From positions 78,122,001 through 78,186,000 of the forward strand of contig NW_024704742.1 in the NCBI RefSeq assembly GCF_018977255.1: a DNA stretch of 64,000 nucleotides, written 5' to 3'. Below, piece after piece: positions 24,385 to 36,577 of this stretch. How positions within the stretch are numbered: the first letter of the stretch is position 1; every line of letters starts with the position of its first letter. The stretch comes from Callorhinchus milii. Lineage: Eukaryota. The notes under the pieces are model-generated. The model was given only the letters and a program-made list of their open reading frames with translations. It searched no databases and was not told where the DNA came from. Both the position numbers and the translations under genes were made by a program.

Positions 24385-24757
24385 GGAGTCATGTAGCTCA
24401 GTAGTTAGAGCACTTGCCTCACCTGGGTTTGATTCCCGGCAGGGTAAAATGTTGGGCAAGTTTCCTTACTCCACATGCCTCTGTTTACCTTGCAGTAAGT
24501 AGGAACCTGGTTGTTAGTCGATTGGTGGATCGCTTTTCTGGGGGTAATAATTCCTTAAAAAAAATAATGAATTGGTCACTCAATCCGCAACTGTTTTCAG
24601 GACACTGCTGGGCGCAATTGCCTGGCGTGTTTCGCCCACAAAATATACAGTCAATTCACTTTACAGTATATTCTGTAAATCACTTTGAGACATCTCGAAG
24701 ACGTGATACGGCTCAATATCAAATGCAAGGATTATTATTATTGTTATTATTTTTATT
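24385..24757 (+). mobile_element. Long-subfamily tRNA SINE
   Basis: GGAGTC head, about 62-bp TCTGTTTACC...GGGG insert, shared tail. Confidence 0.88.
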
Positions 24758-25809
24758 ATGGATCAACTATTTCCCATCCAATGTAGTCCAATGCAACTGT
24801 TTACATTATTTAGGATGTGATATAAAAGACCACATCATGAAATTAGAGTGTGCAATGAAAGCTTTGGATTAAATTATTAGATGTAATTTCAACACCAGTG
24901 AACCAGGGCAAATACTTTAAAAAGATATGTAAAGATCCTGGCAGCTCATCAGACCAGTTCCACAGAATCGGCATCACCCCCAGCCAGAAATAGGTCCTGT
25001 GCCAAATGGTTTGTACTGGATGATATTCTAGTACTGCACCTTTTGGGTTTGATGTTAAATGAGAAGCCTTGGCACTAAGCTATGAACACTGGAAACTTGC
25101 TATTAAAGCAATTACCTCACTTCTCTGCTCATTCCCTTCACTCAGCAAAACACCGACCTGAAATCCAATGCCCAACACCTCTGTGCCACTATAGGTGGCT
25201 GTGCCTTAAGCTATTATGCCCATAATGCCACTATGGAACTCTGCCTGAATCCCTCTGCCTTGCTCCTCTTTATCACTCTTTAAATCCTACCTTAAGATCT
25301 ACCTCTTTGCACTTATGATCACCATCCCTTTCTCCCTTGCTTGGTATCCAAATCCACCAATGTGCAGCACTCTCACACTAAACTACATAAAAGGCGCTAT
25401 AACAATGCAAGTTATTTTTGTAGAGGCATTCATAGAAACAGTCTATTTCTCCCTTATTATTTATGTGCAATTGCTATTTCAAAGAGACATGAAGTCTTTC
25501 TTCCAGATATACTGGCTATTCAAATTTATCCCAAATTTAAATTAATAGACTACTTACTCATCTCATATTTGTATTTTGCTGATGCAAAATGGCAGCCATG
25601 TTTTGCCTCTAGAACATTTATTTTAATTTTTAATCAATTATATATTTCAAAGCATTTTGGGATGTTTATTTTACAGGAATGGTGCTGTATGAATAAAAAT
25701 GAATGAAATTACTGAGTTTGGGACTTTGGTCAACATCCGTTTCAAATCAAAAAGATGCTGGAATAGCGAGCCTGTATATTGAGTTGCTTTAATAGCGAGC
25801 CTGTATATT

Positions 25810-26115
25810 GGAGTCCTGCAGCTCAGTAGTTAGAGCACTCGCTTTGCAAGTGAGAGACCTGAGTTCAATTCCAGGCACAGGGCGAAACCTTGGGCAAGTT
25901 TCCTTACTCCACACGCCTAATAATAATCCCTCCAAAACAATAATAAATTGGTCATTTTCAATCTACGACTGTTTGTGGGACATTGCTGTGTGCAATTGGC
26001 TGCCGCGTTCGCCCACAAATATACAGTCAATTCACTTTACAGTATATTCTGTGAAGTGCTTTGGGATGTCTAGAAGATGTGAAAAGCGCTATATCAAATG
26101 CAAGGATTATTATTA
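25810..26115 (+). mobile_element. Full-length short-subfamily SINE inside a 29-bp minisatellite
   Basis: Complete head-to-tail copy flanked by AATAGCGAGCCTGTATATTGAGTTGCTTT units. Confidence 0.92.
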
Positions 26116-26834
26116 TATTGAATTGCTTTAATAGCGAGCCTGTATGTTGAGTTGCCTTCATTACTAAGATGCCCAAAGATGAAGCTCAGCTGTACTATTC
26201 TTGTATTGGTCTTTAAAAAAGTTGCATGTTTTATTTTAACTTGTGTTCAGAATAAGAATAATCAATGCTCTACTCCCAGTCTCTGATGCACACAGTGAAC
26301 TTGTACACTTGTTTTCCTTACATGTGTTGTGGGAAAGCTCCATATAATGAGGGAAAACATTGGGATTGCTCTGCTAATTTTTTTACAGTTGTTATATGAA
26401 GTTCGACAGGCATTCCCCTGACCCTTAACGGGAAGACAGTTTTATAATCAGTTTCCTGGGGTGGTGTTGCCAGGCAACCTGCAGCTGAAATGTAGGAGCA
26501 GAGACTTGGAGCAGTATGCTCAGGACTCGACTTATATAAGGCCACTCTTATATAAAGGCTGTTTTTGGCTCAGGCCCCAGAGCAGTGCTTGAAGATAGGT
26601 TTGATTCTATATTAAACATAATTAATCCTTTTCATTGGTTCATCCAATTTACTTTACACATGTGCATAACGGAGTGGGTTGCAACCTAGAGTGGGTTGTA
26701 ACTAGTTTCTAAAATAATATAAAATATTATACTAAAATAATATTAAATATTATACCATTAATAGTATTGTACATATGAAATAATTATCAATTCACCAATG
26801 TAAAGTTTATTAAAAAGTTATTGTTTTCTAACAG

Positions 26835-26987
26835 ATTGTTGTAGAAGAGTTTCTAGAAGACATCAACAACATCTTGAACTCAGGAGAGGTACCGAATCTG
26901 TTTGAGAAAGACGAACTTGAAAAAGTTCTTGGTGCTACACGCCCTAAGGCTAAAGATGCTGGAATTGCAGAAGGGAACCGAGATGAA
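26835..26987 (+). CDS. DNAH6: DNAH6 exon 11 (AAA4)
   Basis: aacag|ATT...GAA|gtaag; IVVEEFLEDINNILNSGEVPNLFEKDELE...NRDE; 153 nt. Confidence 0.96.
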
Positions 26988-27129
26988 GTAAGATTCAGAA
27001 AAGTACCAGTGTTGATGCAGTTACTGTAATAAGTGTAATACTGTAGGTGGCACTGTAGTCCTCAGCATGCTGAAGGCTTGATCGATGGTTTTCCCTTGGT
27101 TTTAGGCTTGTCGTGATTAAGAGGCAGTA

Positions 27130-27472
27130 ACTCCTTTAGCTCAGTGGTTAGAGCACTTTCCTCGCAAGCGAGAGACCTGGATTCTTTTCCTGGCTGGGCT
27201 AAATGTTGGGCACGCTTTCTTACTCCACACGTCTGTTTACCTAGCAATAAGTACGAACCTGGTTGTTAGTCGCTTGGCTAATCGCTGTTCCGGGGATAAA
27301 AATCCTTAAAAAAAACCCAATAATAATTTGGTCACTCAATTCACGAATGTTTGTGGGACACTGCGCAATTGGCTGCCGCATTTCACCAACAAATATACAG
27401 TGAATTTACTTTACAGTATATTCTGTGAAGCACTTTGAGACGTCTAGAAGAATGCAAGGATTACTATTATTA
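27130..27472 (+). mobile_element. Long-subfamily tRNA SINE
   Basis: TAGCTCAGTGGTTAGAGC head, insert, tail. Confidence 0.85.
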
Positions 27473-27474
27473 TA

Positions 27475-27790
27475 CAACAACAACAACAAGATTGCATTTA
27501 TAGAGCGCCTTTCACATCGGGAGGACGTCCCAAGGAGCTGGACAGTTGGGTCGGGACCCGAGCAGTGGGGAAATGGTCAGGGTGAGGGGAGGGAAGGGAG
27601 GGAGCGAGGAGGGGGGAAATGGTCAGGGTGAGGGGAGGGAAGGGAGGGAGCGAGGAGGGGGGAAATGGTCAGGGTGAGGGGAGGGAAGGGAGGGAGCGAG
27701 GAGGGGGGAAATGGTCAGGGTGAGGGGAGGGAAGGGAGGGAGCTAGGAGGGGGTAGAGAGGAGAGCTGAAGGCACGGCTGAAGAGAAGGC
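27475..27790 (-). mobile_element. L2 3' end containing a 4 x 46-bp tandem expansion
   Basis: (CAA)n tail; AAATGGTCAGGG units at 27571, 27617, 27663 and 27709. Confidence 0.88.
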
Positions 27791-28689
27791 TATAAGTGAA
27801 GTCTAAGCATTACCTGTTGCAACTTCTGCTTGCCATTCATGATTTTAAGATTTCAGAACCAAAACCTCCCCAAAACTATTGACATTGAATCCCTAAAGTC
27901 TGAATGTCCAGAAAAGCAAGTTTTTTTTTAAACCTTTTGTTAGATTTCTTTGGATTGTTTTATATTAAGTCACAATGAGCACAATGTATCCAGTTTTGAG
28001 ATTGAAGAGTAATAGACCCTATTATTTAAATATACTGAAATGATCTATAAATTAAAGAATTTTACTGCTTAAAAAGCCTCTTTATAGCAAATAAAGCATT
28101 TTATTATTAAATGTTAAATGCTTTCTCCCCGCTTATGCTAACAAATTAAACACATCTAATATTTTGAAGAAAATTACTTAGAATGTTCATAAATGTATTA
28201 TAAGACAGTTTTGATGACCCTATAATTAAAATATCCTTTAGGATTAGGAATCAAATGTATCCTAATGTTATACAACCCAAGCTTCAATGTACCATATATC
28301 TTTCCCATGGCTACTGTTAATAGTCAACACATCTCTGCATGCAAAATATTGGAATTGAACACCATGATATACAAACTTAAGCTTTAGGGCAACATTTACC
28401 TTGCATTACACTGATGGTACGAAAAATCTGTTCATCTGTGGAATTCACCAAATGAATATTCATACATGGTATAAATCCAAAGCTTCATCTGTGCAGTTTG
28501 AAAAAAAGTTATCTCACTTGGGGCAGAACATTTAAACTCAAGGGTTCTTCCTTATGAAATTTCAAGAAAAGAAGATAAGCTTTGGGTATTTTTTTTTAGC
28601 AAGTTGGTGTTGACCTGCTATTGATATACTGTATCTAAGATGGTAATGCCACCCGTGGACCTGAGGCTCTGTTTTGCCTTTTTATAAAT

Positions 28690-29615
28690 AACAACAGCAA
28701 AATTACATTTGTATAGCACCTTTCACATTGGGAGGACGTCCCAAGGCGCTGGACAATCAGTGTTTCGGACCCAGGCTGGGGGTTGGGATCGGGGAGGATA
28801 GAGGGCAGGGAGGGAAGGAGGGTGATTGAAAACAATCGAAGAGAAGGGTCTTGAGACGGGTCTTGAAGTAGTCAAGGGAAAAGGCGAGGCGGAGGGACTG
28901 CAGGATGGAGTTCCAGAATGTGGGGGCAGAGTGGCTGAAGGCGGGAGAGGCGGGTGGCGTGAAGCAGGCTGGAGCCCGTTGAGCGGAGTGAGCAGGCAGG
29001 TTGGTAGAGGATTTAGGAGGTCACAGAAGTAGGGGGGAGCAAGACTATGGAGGGCTTTGAAGGTGAGGACCAGGATCTTGAACTGTATGATGTAAAGCCA
29101 GTGGAGTTGGGCGAGAATGGGGTGATAGGGTCACGGAGCCTGGTGGGGGAGAGGACATGGGTTGCAGAGTTCTGGATGATCTACAGCCTATGGAGGGAGG
29201 AGTTGGGGGAGGCCGACAAGCAGAGAGTTTGTGTAGTCGAGCCTGGATATTATGAATGCATGTATGAGGGTTTCGGAGGCCTTCGGTGTGAGCCAGTGGT
29301 GAAGCCGGGCAATATTGCGGAGGTGGGGGAAGGTAGAGCGGGTCATGATACGGATGAGGAGTAGAAAGAATAGTTGAGGGTCAAACAAGACCCCAAGGTT
29401 CTGGACTGGCTCAGTGAGGTGGAGTGTGTATCCATGGACGGTGATGCTGTCAGTGCCTGAGGTGAGGAGGCGCTGACGGGAGCCAATCAGGAGAGCCTCA
29501 GTCTTGTTGACGTTCAACTGAAGAAAATTAGCTCTCATCCAGGACTTGATGTCTGACAGACATTCTGTCAGGACAGCAGTGGTCCTGGAGTCGAGGGTGG
29601 AGGCAGAGAGATAGA
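28690..29615 (-). mobile_element. L2 LINE 3' portion, about 0.9 kb
   Basis: CLSDIKSWMRANFLQLNVNKTEALL...VQNLGVLFD...SRLDYTNSLL, plus tail. Confidence 0.9.
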
Positions 29616-29623
29616 CGAAACAT

Positions 29624-30192
29624 AAAATACTACAGATGATGGAAATCTGAAACAAAAACAGAAGTCGCTGGGAACACTCAGAAGGTCAGGCAGCATCTAT
29701 GGAGAAAGAAAAGTGAGTTTTGGGTCCATTGTGGGAGGGAGAGGTTTTTAAGGGCTAACAGAGAGGGAGGAGGCAGGACAAGGAAGACAAAGGAGAAAAT
29801 GGGGTAGAGGACAGGGATGATGGGTTAAGTAGGTGTTAATAATGCAAAACAAAAGGGTGGGGGGGGAAATTGCAACAAAATACAGGCCCGAGAGAAAAGG
29901 TGTTTCTGATATCCAGATGATGTAATGGTCACAGAAGAGGGGAGGGGGAAGGTGAGCTGTTATAGTCTGAAATTATTGAAATCAATATTGAGGGCTGTAA
30001 GGTCCCTGGCAGATAAATGAGGTGCTGTTCCTCGAGCTTGTGCTGTGGCTCATTGGAACAGCGTAGGAGACTGAGTGGAAGGAAGTGTTGAAGTGGCAAA
30101 AAAACGGAAGCTCAGAGTTGTGCTTGCGAACAGAATGGAGGTGTTTGGCAAATCGGTCACCCAATCTGTGTTTCGTCTCCCCAATGTGGAAC
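29624..30192 (-). mobile_element. Penelope-like element fragment (GIY-YIG endonuclease end plus terminal repeat)
   Basis: Minus strand reads IGETKHRLGDRFAKHLHSV...HFN, a GIY-YIG-type motif; 29624-29710 resembles the terminal repeat of shark PLEs. Confidence 0.75.
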
Positions 30193-31959
30193 GAACAAAA
30201 CCTCCATATGTGAAATTGACCGAATCTCTAAAATTAATTGAAGAAGTTCCAGAATATTAATCCAGTTTTACAACGCACACTTTTCAACCTTGGCCACTAT
30301 ATTCCACAGTTGACTTGTGCACAGTCTGAGCAGCACTTGAATCATCACATGCTGCAAAGAATGTCATTATTTATAACCTTACATCTACCTTATTTTGAAC
30401 CAGATGGTTATGAAGCATTTTTTAAAGTGTTACCATTTGGTGGGAATTAATCAGCCATCTAATATTGGTAGAGGTGGGGGGGAGAGAGAGAGAATCTACT
30501 TACAAAACTCAAACTTGCTAATTTTATAGTAATAATCTCTAATTTTATCATTGCAATCACAGGCTGGCTCTGACATGAGATTAATTCTGTACCTATGGGC
30601 ATTAATTCTTCACTATCACAGGTGCAAAAAACCATATGGAATATATTAATCCATATTAATGGAAAGAAGTTGTGGCACACACTTAGCCTTCCAGGTAGCT
30701 CAGTTGCTGAGCATCAGATATGGTATCAAAAGTTTATGGATTTGCATTTTAATGGATTCAGCTCTTTATAGCTAATAAAATTAGTACCTTGTCATCAAAT
30801 TATTCTGCTGAGCTGGGAAGGCACTCCATGTTGAACTGGCTCTAAAATGATCTATGTGGCAGACAGATCCACAGCACTGCCAGGGCTAATTGATTGTTGA
30901 TCAGGATGTCTGGCATATCATTCTAACCTGTTAGAGCACTAATGGGAAGAACTATCTATGCTGAACAGGTACTTTGAAATTTATCAGTGCTTCTTACTGT
31001 GTGGTCACCATCATCATTATTGTTGGTGGGAAGTGCTGAAAGAATGGTCGAGGCCAGGAAACTGGACTCATTCAGGTAATAACTTAATACTGTAGTGGGA
31101 GGACTGGAGGGTAGATATTCTGGAAGCTTGAGGTCAAATGGATCAAAAGACCTTTTCAATTTAACCTCTTATGATTTTGTAATCTGACAAAAGCAACTTT
31201 TTTTAGACTTAAGGTAAATTGAATTGGCTGCTGAATTTCACCCACAAAATGTACAATAAATTCACTCTTCAGTATATTCTGTGAAGCGCTTTGAAACGTC
31301 TTGAAGATGTGATAAGGCACTTTATCAAATGCAAGGATTGTTATTATTAAAAACAATTTAACCTTTTTAAGGTTTGATCAAGAGGTAATGTTGTTTTCTT
31401 AATTATGATTTTTATCTTCTTGTCCTTTGATCATATATGACTCACTTTTCATACTGCAGTGTAGTTCCCTGAATGACTGGCATCAAACAATGTCTTGCTC
31501 AAATGGCCATTATTAATACACATGCCTTGACAATGGCTATTGACAGGTTATTTGAGCCCAGAATTATTTGAGTCATAATAATGCTCAGTAAGGTCATCAC
31601 CCAACATTTACAAACCTACATTTTCCAGCAAGTGTCTCTGGATATCTGATTAAGAAAGGAAACCCTGACTCATTTTCTTCTCTCTCTTACTCAAAGTCAA
31701 CAGCTAATTGTACTGCTCAACAACACAAGGTTGAATCTGCAACTTTCTGGTCTGTAATGCTCAACGCTACACAGGTGCTCCGAAAGTCCACCGGGAAAAT
31801 TGAGTTAACAGTCTCACTAATTCAGTTATTTGTTCCCTTAAGTAATCTTTCAAAATGTGACTTCTGGAAACACTTTTTAATATTATGCAGTTGTCAAAAA
31901 AGCTATGATGAAATTTTGTAGGCGAGTATAGGGAGTGAAGACCACTGACCGTAAGCAAC

Positions 31960-32772
31960 TTCAGGGTGACATAGACAGATTAGTTGAGTGGGCAGAGAAA
32001 TGGGAAATGAGATTTAATGCAGACAAATGTAAAGTTATACATTTGGGGAAAAGAATAAGGAGAACAAGTAGATGTTGAATAGTAAAATATTAAAAGGAGT
32101 GAAAGAGCAAAGGTCACCTTACAGGTGGGAAAGCAGGTGGACAAAGATGTTAAAAAAGCTAATGAAATCGTAGGATTCATTAAACAGAGGAATAGAATAT
32201 ACAAGTAAATGGGTAACGCTGAACTTGTATAAATCATTAGTTAAACCGCAGTTACAATATTATATCCAGTATTGGTCACCCCATTTTAGGAAAAACATCA
32301 AGATGACAGAGGGAAGATTTCATTTGTTTTACTAGGGATGGGTGATTTGGCCTATGGAAACTGAAGGAATTAGGACATTTTTTCTGCTGGAACATAGAAT
32401 GGTGACCTGATAGAGGTCTTTAAAATTATGAGGGGTTTTGATAGAGTCAATAGGGCGACATATTTTCCCCTGGTTGGTGAGTCAGTAAGTAGAAGGCTTC
32501 AATTTAAGATAGTTTGTAAATGAGCAAATGGGGAGGTTAACAGAATTTTATTCAGACACAGGTTATGGAATGCCCTACCGGCAATGATGGTTGAGGCAGA
32601 ATCCACATAGGCCATCAAGAGGGAACTAGTTAAATACATTAAAAAGAGTGATCAACAGGGGTATGGGGAAAGAGCAGGTAAATGGGAGTGAAATGATTGC
32701 TCTTGAGGGAACTGACATTGACACAATGGCCAAATGACCTTCATCTGTGTCGTAAATTTCTATGGTTCTATG
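31960..32772 (+). mobile_element. Degenerate CR1 LINE 3' region
   Basis: LQGDIDRLVEWAEKWEMRFNADKCKVIHLG, GDLIEVFKIM, tail TTCTATGGTTCTATG. Confidence 0.85.
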
Positions 32773-32818
32773 AGTCAATGTGCAAGCACTTATTTGATGC
32801 ACCATATTTCCTTTCCAG

Positions 32819-32959
32819 GTCTTTCAATTATTTATAAACATTGTACGGCAGAAGTTGCATATTGTGTTGTGCATGAGTCCTGTTGGTGATGCATTTCGAG
32901 CTCGATGTCGAATGTTTCCATCTCTTGTAAACTGCTGTACCATCGACTGGTTTGTGCAG
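32819..32959 (+). CDS. DNAH6: DNAH6 exon 12 (AAA4)
   Basis: tccag|GTC...CAG|gtatgt; [47 protein letters not shown]; 141 nt. Confidence 0.97.
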
Positions 32960-34383
32960 GTATGTGAAAATAATAACTCCTGAAGGGTGCTATCATTATC
33001 TTGATCTTCATTTTATGCAGTTTGTTTCAAATCAATGTGGTAGGAAGCACAGAGAAGAGTACTTCAGGAAATCATAACTTTTAAGTAGTTATTGTAGTCA
33101 TTGTATTGCTTTCGGCCACTTATCCTTTCCCCATCCTCTACCACCCCACCTCATTTCTCCCCCATTCTTTCTCCACCCCCCACTTAGCCTCTCAGTCAGG
33201 TGTGTAAAGTGTTTTGAGGTGTCCTTTTGATACATAAATAAATCTAAGTCATTGTTACTTACAAGATTTATTTAGAGTACCATTTCACATCATCAAGATT
33301 TTTACAGTGAAGTGTAGGCAAATCCGCTGAGCCCAAGAATACAATAATTAGTTTATTTGGTCACTGAATATTGCTTGGAGTTGTAATATTATTTTCTTGA
33401 GAAATAAAGCAGCTTCTTTAACCAATTTGCTTTTCCCTTATCCTTTCCATTGGCCTGTGTGAGTCACATACCTTCAAGGCGCAAGAAGGTGGTGATGACG
33501 TGCATACAGGCCTCAGCACTTGCTCTCCAAACGTACCGTTGGTAAGTGTATGAGAGCAGCCCATTATGAATCCTCCTCTCTTGCTACTCTCTAAAGAACC
33601 CAGGTTTCAGCACATCTGTTACCATTCACAAATACAACTTATTTTATGTCAGGAGGACATTTCCAGTCAAATTGAGGTCTAACTTGCAGTGTCTCTTAGC
33701 TGGAATCCTTAATTATTTCACCCACAAATCACTTACAGTATATTCTGTGAAGCGCTTTGAGTTGTCTCAATAACGTGAGAAGGCGCTATATCAAATGCAA
33801 GGATTATATTTATTATTATTTATCATCCCACACATCTTTAATGCTACACTTGTAGCAGGAGTGGAACTCCATTTTTTTTAAATTGATAACGGTTTTAATG
33901 ATACAGTAGGTTCATCATAACCACTTCAGGTTCCAAAAATGCTTATAGGCTTCAAAAAGAAAAATGTAAATATCGATAGCTTTTGAGCTCTGACATGTTA
34001 ATCCTCTTAATTTGAAACTGTTAGTAGTCATAAAAGATAAAGGATTTGTTGATCTAGAATAGATCATGATGTAGAGGGTAAAGTAAAGATAACAAATCAA
34101 GCTTTAGAGAACTAAAACATACAATAAATAGATATCTTCTTGTTTATAATTATGTGATTTAACTGCTTTTTTTTAGAAAACTTTGGGTGGTTGGTGCATC
34201 AACATTTATGCTGTAAAGATTCTGTACAATTGTGGATTATTCCAGCCTTGTAACCTACTAAATGTCACTGAAGAAGAAACTGAAAAATATAATCGTGACA
34301 GATTTTTAAATGGGATCTTAAAAGTATGAAAGAATGAATGGCGCTTTTCCCCCCAAAAAATGTCTATTTGTATTTTCTTTCAG

Positions 34384-34626
34384 TGGCCACGAGAAGCTCT
34401 CCTCTCTGTATCAAAGACCTTTTTCACAAATATTGAGCTGGGAAGTGAAGAAATGAAGAGCAAATTTTCAGAAATGTGTGTAGAAATCCACACAAGTGTA
34501 AATCATATGGCGGAGAAATACTACTCTGAACTCCGGCGTAGGTATTATACAACACCCACATCCTACCTCGAACTGATAAACCTGTACTTGTCCATGCTGG
34601 AGCAGAAACGGCAGGAATTAGTTTCG
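34384..34626 (+). CDS. DNAH6: DNAH6 exon 13
   Basis: ttcag|TGG...TCG|gtaag; [10 protein letters not shown]...[15 protein letters not shown]...ELVS; 243 nt. Confidence 0.96.
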
Positions 34627-35059
34627 GTAAGCTAGTAGTCTCTGACTTCTGAAAATCCATTAATTTATTTTATATCTATTTTAAATTTTTGTGATGTAGC
34701 AATTGGTTATCTCCACTTCGGCTGATGTGAATAGAAGCTTAAATCTGCAACAACTTGCTAATTCAAATAGTTATTTTTTCCTTGCCCTCTCACATGGCAG
34801 ATGCTAAAAACACCGTCATAAGTAATAAAGGGAACCCAAAGGTCATATGCTTTTGAATTGCATGAATTGTGACAATCTCCTCCAGGCACAACATTTCAAT
34901 CTCTAGCACCAATGAAATGTTGCTACAGTTTCAGTCCCCTATGGAAGAAAATATAGATCTCCCTTCCTAAACGTTAGGTTCCGCAAGAATTTCCACCACA
35001 AATTGCTTTCATTTGTTTCAGTTTACAGCAAAAGTCATTCCTCTGTATTCATAATAGTT

Positions 35060-35660
35060 ACGTTGTGCAACAACAACAACTTGCATTTATTATATAGCAC
35101 CTTCTTGCGGGGTAGGGTATTGGAGCACTTAACAGAGGCAGAGCCCGATACCGAGACGGGCGAGGGAATAGGTGTCTGTAAACATGGTTAAAGAGGAATG
35201 TCTTTAGGTGGGATCTGAAAAAGGGGAAGGAGTGGGCAAGGCTGAGGGATTGAGGGAAAGAGTTCCAAAATTTAGGGGTGTAGTGGATGAAAGATTGGCC
35301 ACTGATGGTGGAGTGGAAGGGATAAGCTACACGCAGGAGGTTTGAGTTAGCCGAACAGAGGCACCACATTTTAGAGTGAGGAATAAACAGGTTGGAGAGG
35401 TAGGCTGGTGCCAGGGCATGAAGGGATTTGTAGACGAGTGTGAGGATCTTGAAGTCGATCCGTTCTGTGATAAGAAGCCAGTGGAGCCTGGCGAGGACTG
35501 GTGTGCTTGGGGTACGGATTTTAGAGCTGTTGAGTATAGGGCCAGTGGAGTTCTGAATTAGTTGGATTTTGTAGCTGGGGAGACCGGCGAGGAGGGCAGT
35601 GGAATAATCGAGGTGGGAGATGACGAAAGTGTGGATGAGAGTCTCAGCTGCATTGGGGCA
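35060..35660 (-). mobile_element. L2 3' fragment
   Basis: (CAA)n tail; PKFWNSFPQ...FRSHLKTFLF. Confidence 0.82.
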
Positions 35661-35684
35661 TAAATAGTAGACTAAATTACACCA

Positions 35685-36300
35685 ACAATTTACACTTCTA
35701 TAGCGCCCTCCATGCAGGGTAGTGTCTCAGAGCACTTAACAGTGGTGGAGCCTGACTCCGAGCCGGGGGAAGGTGGCCGTAAGCACGATCGAAGAGGAAA
35801 GTTTTCAGGCAGGACTTGAAAGAGGGAAGAGAGGGGGCAAGCTGGAGGGATTGAGGGAGAGTGTTCCAGTGTTTTGGGGGCAGTGGCTGAAAGCGCAACC
35901 TCCGATGGTGCGAGGGACGAGCAGGAGGCCAGTGCCAGTCGAGTGGTGGCGTCGGGTGGTGGATTGGGGAGTGAGAACCTCAGAGAGGAAGGGAGTGCCA
36001 AGGAGTGAATAGATTTGAACACGAGTGTGAGGATCTAGAGGTCGATCAGTTCGGTGATGAGGAGCCAGTGGAGACTGACCAGAACTGGTGAGATGTGGGT
36101 ATGGAGTTTAGTTCGGATCAGTATGTGGGCGGCAGAGTTTTGAATGAGCTGGATCTTGTGAATGGTGGAGCTGGGGAGACCGGCAAGGAGTGCATTGGGG
36201 TAATCCAAGCCATAGGTAACAAAAGCCGAGGGTTTTGGCTGCATTTGGGGTAAGGTACGGTCAAAGATGGGCAATGTGGCGGACGTGGAAGAAAGCGGTC
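35685..36300 (-). mobile_element. L2 3' fragment
   Basis: LDYPNALLAGLP...IQLIQNSAAHIL...LHWL; WNTLP...FKSCLKTFLF. Confidence 0.82.
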
Positions 36301-36577
36301 CTGGTCAGGGACCGGATGTGGTGAAGGAAGAACAGCTGGACAAATTAACACCTTATGATAATTTATAAATTCACTTACCCTAGTTAATAGAGACAGACCC
36401 TTCCATGCCACCCATACTATGATCACATTAAAGTAACTGGCTGAGTTGGAATTCCAGTTTAAGGATTAGAGAGAGCATTGAATTACTATTATTGTGTGGC
36501 AGGCTGATAACATTGATGACAAAAAATGATTGAAGTTGATATCTCACTTGCTAATCCAATGCCATATCTGCAAACAA

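Noticed and set aside
25810..25885. tRNA-Ala-like cloverleaf (also in the other SINE heads)
   Set aside because: No 3' acceptor strand, and it continues into a SINE body and tail; these are SINE heads, not tRNA genes.
25762..26158. Repeat-spacer-repeat pattern resembling CRISPR
   Set aside because: A tandem minisatellite interrupted by a SINE in a vertebrate intron; no unique spacers or cas genes.
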